A stretch of DNA of 64,000 nucleotides from Phycisphaerae bacterium (lineage in GTDB: Bacteria > Planctomycetota > Phycisphaerae > UBA1845 > Fen-1342). The stretch lies in contig CAXXWX010000019.1 of the NCBI GenBank assembly GCA_963675745.2, forward strand, positions 447,029-511,028. Direction: 5' to 3'. Position numbers and translations under genes: made by a program. Below the pieces are notes generated by a model that did not search any database, was not told the origin of the DNA, and was given only the letters and a program-made list of their open reading frames with translations. Shown one piece after another: positions 1-7,017 of the stretch; position 1 is the first letter of the stretch; the number at the start of each line of letters is the position of its first letter.

Positions 1-335
1 CCGCTCACATGGCTCGCTCGTACGCAGGTTTTTTCCAGGGGCGCCGCGTGGATTCCGGACAGGCGCTCTCCTGGATCGCCCGGGACAGCCGCGCGGTCCG
101 ATGCGTTTCAGGCCGGCACGCTCATCGTGTTCGCTCGGACGCCTGGGTACAATTCGACGGCGCTCTGCGGTTTGGGCGGTTGGGATGCGCAGTCTTTGCG
201 GCGGGGGACAAGTGAGTGCTCGCCGAGAGGCTAAGACCCGGGCCAGGAGTAAAGCCACGGCCCGGTCGCGCGGCGTCCGCAACGAATCATGATTCCATGG
301 AACCTAAGGGCCCTCACCTGACCTATTGATGGTGG

Positions 336-950
336 ATGCACGTGTTTCACCAACGGACCCGCAATATGAGCGTCGCCAACATGACAACTTGCACGGCGGA
401 AGCCGACTGGGCCCAGGCAGAAGCCGAAGCCGACCTCATCAAGCGGGCCAAACGCGACCGAAAAGCATTTGCCGGGCTGTATCGGCAACATTATGGCGCC
501 ATCGCACGTTACCTTTACCGCCGCACCGGTGACGTACACGCCGCCGAAGACCTCGTTGCCGACGTATTCCTGTCGGCGATGAAGCTGTTGCCACGTTATC
601 GGTACCGCGGCGTTCCCTTTCGCTACTGGCTTTACAGGATTGCCACAAATGCGGCCAACCGTTGGGCTCGGCGGCGGCGCAGACACGCGCATCAGTCGCT
701 GAGCAGTGACCCTGTCGCACCAGACGGCGCCGGTGACCCGGTGGTCATCAACGGCGTCAGCACCGACCAGGCGCAACGCGTCCTGCTTTCGTTGGCGCCG
801 AAGCACCAGGCCGTCTTGACACTGCACTATCTGGAAGGATTGCGGATCGAGGAAATCGCCGCCGTTCTGGGCTGCCGGCTTGGAACGGTCAAGTCGAGGC
901 TCAGTCGCGGGCGCCAGGCGCTGCGCGACCGGCTGAAGATACGGAGGTAA
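336..950 (+). CDS. ECF-type RNA polymerase sigma-70 factor
   Basis: Region 2 motifs (AEDLVADVF, FRYWLYRIATN) and region 4 motif (EEIAAVLGCRLGTVKSRLSRGR); start could be 336 or 366. Confidence 0.93.
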   Translation: MHVFHQRTRNMSVANMTTCTAEADWAQAEAEADLIKRAKRDRKAFAGLYRQHYGAIARYLYRRTGDVHAAEDLVADVFLSAMKLLPRYRYRGVPFRYWLYRIATNAANRWARRRRRHAHQSLSSDPVAPDGAGDPVVINGVSTDQAQRVLLSLAPKHQAVLTLHYLEGLRIEEIAAVLGCRLGTVKSRLSRGRQALRDRLKIRR

Positions 951-954
951 GACC

Positions 955-1446
955 GTGAGCGGAGAACAGGATCCAATCAGAAGCGCGCTACGGACGCTGC
1001 GGTCACGTGAATGGCACCAGGAAGATCATAAGCTCCAACTCGAGGAGAAACTCATGCAGGAATTCAGTAACAAACCCGCACCGTGGCGTATGGGTAATCA
1101 CCCGGTGTTGCTCGCCATCATCGGCGTGTTGCTCGTCGGCAGCGTCGGTTTCGCCGCCACCGGTGGGATCAGCATGATCCACGACTGGTTCGTCAAGGTC
1201 TACATCAACGGCGAGGAGGTCGACAGCGAAGTCACCGAATACTACCAGGACCAGGACGGAACCGAGCACATGACGCTCGACCTGGGAGGGGCCGGCGAGG
1301 CGCACCTCGAAATGGTCACCGAGGGCGATCAGCAGAAAACGCTGACCGTCGACCTGTCCGGCGGCGTGCCCGTGGCCGGCGATGGCGAAGTGGCGACCAT
1401 CGAGCTCGAAGTAGCCGCCGAAAAGACCGACGCGGACGACGAGTAG
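955..1446 (+). CDS. Putative anti-sigma factor (single TM helix, acidic extracytoplasmic domain)
   Basis: Starts 5 nt after the ECF stop; short N-terminal region, TM helix (VLLAIIGVLLVGSVGFAA), acidic C-terminus. Confidence 0.65.
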   Translation: MSGEQDPIRSALRTLRSREWHQEDHKLQLEEKLMQEFSNKPAPWRMGNHPVLLAIIGVLLVGSVGFAATGGISMIHDWFVKVYINGEEVDSEVTEYYQDQDGTEHMTLDLGGAGEAHLEMVTEGDQQKTLTVDLSGGVPVAGDGEVATIELEVAAEKTDADDE

Positions 1447-1476
1447 CAACCTCGACGGCCAGGCTCTGACAACGGG

Positions 1477-1515
1477 CGACGCCTGGAATCCACGCGATTC
1501 CGGGCGTCGTTTTAT
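1477..1515 (+). terminator. Intrinsic terminator
   Basis: cgacgcctggaatc-cacgc-gattccgggcgtcg followed by ttttatt. Confidence 0.8.
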
Positions 1516-1656
1516 TCTCTGAGTCTGCTCGGCCGGTTGATGGTTGGCGCCCCACCAGACGCGACGCGGACCGTCGTGGCTTGGATCGGCGGTTTCGGCG
1601 CGGTATGCTGAAGGCAGGGTCCTCGCACGCATATGTCCTGGGCAGGGAGCACAGCC

Positions 1657-3135
1657 ATGATCAGCCGCGCACTCGTTTCGACGACGCTGTTTGCACTGGC
1701 GCTAAGCACATTAGCCAATGGCCAGACCACTTATTACGTCAACGGCGTCTGTGGCGATGACGCCTGGAGCGGGACCGATCCAAGCTGCGTCCCGCCAAAC
1801 GGGCCCAAGGCGACGATCAGTGCGGCGATAGGCGTCGCCGCAGATCATGATGAGATAATCGTCGCACCGGGCACGTATCCCGAGCTGATCAACACCGGCG
1901 GCCTGGCGATCACGCTGCGCAGCGCGGACGGTTCCGACGTGACGATCATCGACGGGCAGGGCGCCGGCACGGTCGTCACCTGCAACACTGACGAGGATCC
2001 GAACACCGTCATAGCCGGCTTCAAAATCATCGGCGGCGCGGGTGATCAGGGCGGCGGGATGCACATCGTCAACAGCAGCCCCACCGTGATCCAATGCGCG
2101 TTCCTGGGTAATGCGGCCCAATACGGCGGCGGGCTGTTCAACCACCACGGCAGCCCCACGCTCATCGAATGCGCCTTTATCGAAAACACCGCCAGCGCTT
2201 CGGCCGGCGGCATGTACAACTACGGCTATCCCGGTCAGCCCAGCGCGACGTTGATCGACTGCGAGTTCAACGAGAACACCGCCGAGACCATAGGCGGCGG
2301 GATGCGCAACTGGGACAGCAGCCCCACACTCACGCGCTGCACCTTCTATTACAACCACGCCCGCTACAGCGGTGCCGGCGTGGCCAACGGCGGTGTCAGC
2401 AGCCCCGCCCTGACCAATTGCATGTTCCTCGCCAATCGCGCAGACGCGCTCTTCGGTGCATGGGACGCCCACGGCGGTGGCATGTACAACGCCGAAGACA
2501 GCAGCCCGACGCTGGTAAGCTGCGCGTTTGTCAGCAACTCGGCCGTCGCTCTGCTCCCGGCCTTGAGCTATGGCGGGGCGCTGGCCAATGATGGCAACGC
2601 CGGCCCGCAACTGGTCAATTGCACGCTTAAGGCCAACCACGCCAACATCGGCGACGGCTTGCACAACGCGCAGAACAGCAACCCGACAGTGACAAGCTCC
2701 ATCCTCTGGGACGGCGTCGACGAGGTTGTCGATGCCGACCTGGCGACAACTTTGATTACCTACTCCGCCGTGCAAGGTGGCTGGCCCGGCGTGGGCAACA
2801 TTACTGATGATCCGCTCCTCGACGACACGCGCTTGCTGCCCGGCTCGCCCTGTATAAATACTGGTGATCCGAACAGCGATCCCGCCGCCCCGCCCGACCT
2901 GGACGGCCACGCGCGCGTTCTATGCGGTCGCGTTGATATGGGGGCCTACGAGTTTGGCATTGGCGACTACACCTGCGACCAGGTAATCGACACCGCCGAT
3001 CTCGCCGGCTGGCCGACCTGCATGACCGGCCCCGACAATCCGCCCTACGGAGCGGGCTGTGAGACGCTTGACTTCGAGTATGACCACGACGTCGACTTGG
3101 TCGACTTCGCGGCGTTTCAGGAATTGCCCGGCTGA
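1657..3135 (+). CDS. Secreted right-handed parallel beta-helix repeat protein with C-terminal dockerin-like module
   Basis: Signal peptide; repeated GGGM(Y)N..SSPTL..C.F..N.A units; SPCI.TG and RVDMGAYE motifs; C-terminal D.D.DVDLVDFAAFQ; agggag RBS before ATG 1657. Confidence 0.85.
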   Translation: MISRALVSTTLFALALSTLANGQTTYYVNGVCGDDAWSGTDPSCVPPNGPKATISAAIGVAADHDEIIVAPGTYPELINTGGLAITLRSADGSDVTIIDGQGAGTVVTCNTDEDPNTVIAGFKIIGGAGDQGGGMHIVNSSPTVIQCAFLGNAAQYGGGLFNHHGSPTLIECAFIENTASASAGGMYNYGYPGQPSATLIDCEFNENTAETIGGGMRNWDSSPTLTRCTFYYNHARYSGAGVANGGVSSPALTNCMFLANRADALFGAWDAHGGGMYNAEDSSPTLVSCAFVSNSAVALLPALSYGGALANDGNAGPQLVNCTLKANHANIGDGLHNAQNSNPTVTSSILWDGVDEVVDADLATTLITYSAVQGGWPGVGNITDDPLLDDTRLLPGSPCINTGDPNSDPAAPPDLDGHARVLCGRVDMGAYEFGIGDYTCDQVIDTADLAGWPTCMTGPDNPPYGAGCETLDFEYDHDVDLVDFAAFQELPG

Positions 3136-3180
3136 GCGGCCTTCGGCGCTACCATCAGCCGCTTGGCGGGTGCCGGTTTG

Positions 3181-3675
3181 TTATCCGCGGAACATGCTGT
3201 GGCACGCCGTACAGGTCGCCTGCATCTGATCGAGCGTGTTGGGCAGTTCGTCGGCGAGGTTGTTCTGGCCCTGCTGCTTGAGGGTCTGGGCCTGCTCGCG
3301 GAGCTTGTCGGTCAGGCTGGCGAATGTCGTTTGCTCTTTCGCTGTCAGGTCCAGCTCGGGCATGGCGAGCTTGAGCATATCCGCCGTATTGACCAGGTCA
3401 TCCGAGACGGCGACGACTTCGCTGAGCAGCTTGGCGCGGTCGGCCTCGGTGTCGTGCTCCTGCGGCAGGCGTCCGAACGTCAGATCCTGGAGATCTCCCA
3501 TCAACTCGTGCAGCCGATCGCTGTGGACGGCGTGGAGGGAAGCCTGATCGGTAGACGCCGCTCGGGACCGATAACTCTCACGCGGCCCGGGAGCACACGA
3601 CGTCGCCACCAGCACCGCTGACAGTAATACTGTGGGGATCACAACGGCAACAGCGATTCGCCGAGTTGATAACAT
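3181..3675 (-). CDS. Cytochrome c'-like (class II) lipoprotein
   Basis: Signal with ATSC lipobox-like site, helical body, single CxxCH (CTACH) at the extreme C-terminus. Confidence 0.75.
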   Translation of the reverse strand: MLSTRRIAVAVVIPTVLLSAVLVATSCAPGPRESYRSRAASTDQASLHAVHSDRLHELMGDLQDLTFGRLPQEHDTEADRAKLLSEVVAVSDDLVNTADMLKLAMPELDLTAKEQTTFASLTDKLREQAQTLKQQGQNNLADELPNTLDQMQATCTACHSMFRG

Positions 3676-3826
3676 CCGATATCTCCTTGCTGGTCGCGTG
3701 AACCGGTCCGTAGTTTGGGGTATTTTATTGCGCCTCGCGTGGACCGGCAATTCAGATTCACCGGCTTCCCAGTTGTGATCCGGGGCCGAATTGCCGATAG
3801 AAACCCTCCTAGGGAGCAGTTCTACG

Positions 3827-4885
3827 GTGTCATCGCATTCGCTGCCGCGGACGTTGGAATGGGTCGGTGATGCCGACGGAGTTCTGAACCTGCTTGACCA
3901 GACGCGTTTGCCCGCCGAGGTCGAGACGCGCGTCTGCCGAACGGCCGAGGATGTCTGGCAGGCAATAAAGGTGCTGGCCGTGCGTGGTGCTCCGGCGATC
4001 GGGGTTGCCGCGGCGTACGGGCTTTGCCTGGGCACGCGGGGTGATCAGGATCTCCCCGCGGACATGTTCAAAGAGCGCGTCAGCCAGGTCGGTGATTATC
4101 TGTGCGCGTGCCGGCCGACGGCGGTGAACCTGGCCTGGGCGGTTCGACGGGTCTCGCGCGCGGCGTTCGAGCGCGAGACACCGGATGCGCGTGCGATGTG
4201 GAGCACGATGCTGGATGAGGCACACACAATAGCTCGAGAAGATGCCGAGATATGTCGGCGGATTGGTGAGCATGGTGCCGATCTGGTGCCGGCCGGCGGC
4301 GGCGTTCTCACACATTGCAATGCCGGGGCTCTGGCGACGGCGGCATACGGCACCGCCTTGTCGTTACTTTATATCGCCCATGAACGGGGCACGCAGTTTC
4401 GCGTGTTTGCCGATGAGACTCGGCCGTTACTTCAAGGGGCGCGGCTCACCGCGTTCGAACTGGCGACGAGCGGCATCGACGTTACGGTGATCTGCGATAG
4501 CGTCGCGCCGACGTTGATGCGGAACGGGGACGTGCAGATGGTGGTCGTCGGGGCGGACCGCATCGCGGCCAACGGTGACGTGGCCAACAAGATCGGCACA
4601 TATGGATTAGCGGTGGCGGCGCGCCATCACGACGTACCTTTTTATGTGGCCGCTCCGCGCAGTACGTTCGACCTCGACCTCGCTGATGGAGCCGCGATCC
4701 CGATAGAAGAGCGCGATGAAGATGAAGTGAGAATGGGGTTCGGTCGGTTGACGGTTGCTCCGGGCGCGCACTGCTACAACCCGGCATTCGACGTCACCCC
4801 GGCCGAACTGGTCACAGGAATCGTCACGGAAAATGGGCTTCTGAAACCGGTTTCGGCTGGTGAAATCGGACGTTTTTTCGGTTGA
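3827..4885 (+). CDS. mtnA: S-methyl-5-thioribose-1-phosphate isomerase
   Basis: LDQTRLP, VRGAPAIG, RPTAVNL, LTHCNAGALAT, ETRPLLQGARLT, GADRIAANGDVANKIGTY, NPAFDVTP; agggag RBS before GTG 3827. Confidence 0.96.
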   Translation: MSSHSLPRTLEWVGDADGVLNLLDQTRLPAEVETRVCRTAEDVWQAIKVLAVRGAPAIGVAAAYGLCLGTRGDQDLPADMFKERVSQVGDYLCACRPTAVNLAWAVRRVSRAAFERETPDARAMWSTMLDEAHTIAREDAEICRRIGEHGADLVPAGGGVLTHCNAGALATAAYGTALSLLYIAHERGTQFRVFADETRPLLQGARLTAFELATSGIDVTVICDSVAPTLMRNGDVQMVVVGADRIAANGDVANKIGTYGLAVAARHHDVPFYVAAPRSTFDLDLADGAAIPIEERDEDEVRMGFGRLTVAPGAHCYNPAFDVTPAELVTGIVTENGLLKPVSAGEIGRFFG

Positions 4886-4890
4886 AGGGG

Positions 4891-4918
4891 TTGCATTGGG
4901 TCGAGAAGCACGTACACT
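4891..4918 (+). promoter_or_regulatory. Sigma70-like promoter ahead of the small-peptide array
   Basis: TTGCAT-N16-TACACT just after the mtnA stop. Confidence 0.5.
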
Positions 4919-5101
4919 TCCGCACTGGTTTTGCGGCGCGGTCATCAGATCTGAGAGTGCCCGTACACGGGTGAGTTCTCCAGTTATAGATCTTGATCCG
5001 GCCGTGGGTATTTCACTTGGGACAGTCGGTGCGTGGCCGGCTGTGGGTTGATGACTCTTGGTTTGGGTTATGGATTGAGTTTCTCTGTGAGGAGGCTCAC
5101 G

Positions 5102-5236
5102 ATGCAGCAACGGATTTGGTTGAAGGGCGCACTGATCACAATGACGATCGGTAGCCTGGCGGCGTTAGCTGGCTGGGGTGATGGTTGCCTCAATGCCACG
5201 ATTCAGCGTCTATTGGTCTCGTACGCATTTGATTGA
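5102..5236 (+). CDS. Small exported peptide 1 (44 aa) MQQRIWLKGALITMTIGSLAALAGWGDGCLNATIQRLLVSYAFD
   Basis: GAGGAGG RBS; basic/hydrophobic leader ending GDGC; same architecture as five neighbours. Confidence 0.75.
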   Translation: MQQRIWLKGALITMTIGSLAALAGWGDGCLNATIQRLLVSYAFD

Positions 5237-5291
5237 TCAACGGGCGTTGTTCGCACACTAGGTACTCAGGCTGAAAATGGGAGAAACACGC

Positions 5292-5441
5292 ATGAAGCGA
5301 AGCATCAAATTGGCGCTAATGTCGCTGAGCACCGGTGCGGTCGCATTGGCACTCGGTGGCTGTGGCGGCTACAACTGGTTCTGGCGTATGCTGGGTGACG
5401 CGGTTGGCGACACCTTCGCGTACAACATTTTCCTGGACTAG
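5292..5441 (+). CDS. Small exported peptide 2 (49 aa) MKRSIKLALMSLSTGAVALALGGCGGYNWFWRMLGDAVGDTFAYNIFLD
   Basis: Translated by hand (absent from ORF track); GGGAGA RBS; LGGC lipobox-like site. Confidence 0.8.
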   Translation: MKRSIKLALMSLSTGAVALALGGCGGYNWFWRMLGDAVGDTFAYNIFLD

Positions 5442-5528
5442 GGCACGATCGTAGTTAATCGCCAGACCACGTCGGCCGGATATAATCAGAGCCGGCCCGG
5501 CTGTCTGGAGATGCAGAGGAGATTCCAG

Positions 5529-5699
5529 ATGAAGAAAGCGAAATTGGTAGCTCTAAGCGCTATGCTGCTTGGTGGCGCCACGCTGTTCGAAGGCTGCGTA
5601 TCGGCCTTTTGGCAGGGCCTGTGGAAGACCGGGTTCCCGGCCAACAACCAGTGGATCGACCTGACGCTCGACATCCTGCGTGAGGATCTGTTGAGCTAG
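5529..5699 (+). CDS. Small exported peptide 3 (56 aa) MKKAKLVALSAMLLGGATLFEGCVSAFWQGLWKTGFPANNQWIDLTLDILREDLLS
   Basis: GAGGAG RBS before ATG 5529; MKK leader, GATLFEGC motif. Confidence 0.82.
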   Translation: MKKAKLVALSAMLLGGATLFEGCVSAFWQGLWKTGFPANNQWIDLTLDILREDLLS

Positions 5700-5860
5700 A
5701 TTTACGTCAGGCGGGGACGGCAGCGTTGACGCGCTGCGTCTTCCGGTCGCACCCCGCGTTTGACTTCAGTCGTAACGGTCGGGACAACCACACGGTAGGG
5801 GGCTGTGGCGCTTGCGTCCAGTCCACCAACGAAACCGTAGTAAGAACACGGAGATAAGCC

Positions 5861-6025
5861 ATGAAGAAGGCCTTTTACGTCAAGCTGATCGTCGGCGGCG
5901 CGCTTTTGCAGGCGACGGCGTTTGCGAGCGGCGCTTCGTGCCTAGGTACTCCGGTACAGGGCGCGCCGATCTACATCGCCTCTGGCAATCTTGTCACGGC
6001 GCTTCAGAACCTTCTCGGTACGTAA
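5861..6025 (+). CDS. Small exported peptide 4 (54 aa) MKKAFYVKLIVGGALLQATAFASGASCLGTPVQGAPIYIASGNLVTALQNLLGT
   Basis: Translated by hand (absent from ORF track); GGAGA RBS; GALLQ...ASC motif; followed by a terminator-like hairpin. Confidence 0.8.
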   Translation: MKKAFYVKLIVGGALLQATAFASGASCLGTPVQGAPIYIASGNLVTALQNLLGT

Positions 6026-6090
6026 GCACCGACGTCTGCCAAGGCGGATGTGGTTTTGTCCCGTCACGCCGTGTAACTGACGTCGACGAC

Positions 6091-6126
6091 GCGGGGCGCG
6101 TTTGCCAAGCAGACGCACCCCGCTTT
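6091..6126 (+). terminator. Terminator-like hairpin after peptide 4
   Basis: gcggggcgcgtttgc-caa-gcagacgcaccccgc then ttt. Confidence 0.6.
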
Positions 6127-6343
6127 CGTGCGCGCCCACCGCGCACCAAGACGCCAACTTGCGGATACGCGGCATCGTGCCGGCTCGCCATGGGCCTGTC
6201 AGGTTGACGTGATCCGCAAGCGAGCGTCGTCGCGGGTGCTTGAGTATCGCGAATGGCGAGCAGCCCCGGTGGGCTGCGTTCAGGGCGGCCAGACGCATTG
6301 GCGTGGCCGCCGCCGTCACCACCTTGTTGTGGCGCCACCCCCC

Positions 6344-6372
6344 TTGTTCGGTCAGCCGGGGTTGCGTATACT
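6344..6372 (+). promoter_or_regulatory. Sigma70-like promoter for peptides 5-6
   Basis: TTGTTC-N17-TATACT, about 50 nt before ATG 6422. Confidence 0.5.
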
Positions 6373-6421
6373 TCAGCACGACCAACGCGGTCACTGGTGC
6401 ATAGCGTTAGTGGAGCTCGTG

Positions 6422-6661
6422 ATGTCGCAAACCAGACGAAAACTGATGGTCTTGGTCTTGATTCTCGGAGCAGGCACGATGTTTCAGGCGGTCGGTTCCG
6501 GCTGCCTCCAGTATTACACTTACGCCGCACTCGAGGGTATCAACTTCTGCTCGGTTCTGAACTGCGACTCGAGTACGTTCTTCAACCTGTGCAGCCCGGT
6601 TCCTCTCCTGGGCCGATTGTCCGACCACGGCCGGGGGCGGCGGCTGATAGCGCGAGGTTAG
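6422..6661 (+). CDS. Small exported Cys-rich peptide 5 (MSQTRRKL...GAGTMFQAVGSGC...INFCSVLNCDSSTFFNLCSPVPLL); true end probably ADCPTTAGGGG-stop at 6647
   Basis: GGAG RBS; leader motif shared with the array; removing one G at 6610-6612 adds a fifth Cys (even number of non-lipobox Cys) and removes the overlap with the next gene's RBS. Confidence 0.75.
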   Translation: MSQTRRKLMVLVLILGAGTMFQAVGSGCLQYYTYAALEGINFCSVLNCDSSTFFNLCSPVPLLGRLSDHGRGRRLIARG

Positions 6662-6663
6662 TG

Positions 6664-6939
6664 ATGCGCAAGACGTCTTCTTTTCGCGGAGTGCTGCTAA
6701 CACTGGGACTATGCGCCGCCGGTACGTTGTGTCAGTTTGGCGGTTGCGGCTTCCCGGAGTTGACCAGTTTCCTCACGAGCATCAATCCGTGCGGCACGAT
6801 CCTGGATTGTGACCCCGCTCAGTACACCTTTGCGACGTCCGGATACAGCGGTCCCGGCGTCGATCTGAATGTGGACATGACTTGCACGTTCCCGCCGTAC
6901 TGCGGTACGGCTCTGGTTCCGGCTGACACAGAGCCCTGA
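6664..6939 (+). CDS. Small exported Cys-rich peptide 6 (91 aa; AGTLCQFGGC...INPCGTILDCDP...TCTFPPYCG)
   Basis: GAGG RBS; shared leader; INxC...LxCD motif shared with peptide 5. Confidence 0.8.
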   Translation: MRKTSSFRGVLLTLGLCAAGTLCQFGGCGFPELTSFLTSINPCGTILDCDPAQYTFATSGYSGPGVDLNVDMTCTFPPYCGTALVPADTEP

Positions 6940-7017
6940 CTCGACGTTGGCCCGGCCCTCCCGCGCCTCGCGCAGGTCGTGTAAACTAACGACCAGTGTA
7001 CAGCCGAGGGGCGCTGC

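Noticed and set aside
5812..6661. Long overlapping ORFs (5812-6207, 6128-6661, 6253-6939 N-terminal parts, minus-strand ORFs)
   Set aside because: No SD, Arg/Pro-rich shadow composition; better explained by the short peptide genes and spacers
5102..6939. Classical RiPP or bacteriocin cluster
   Set aside because: No recognisable LanM, YcaO, radical SAM or C39-peptidase transporter nearby; leaders are hydrophobic, not double-glycine type
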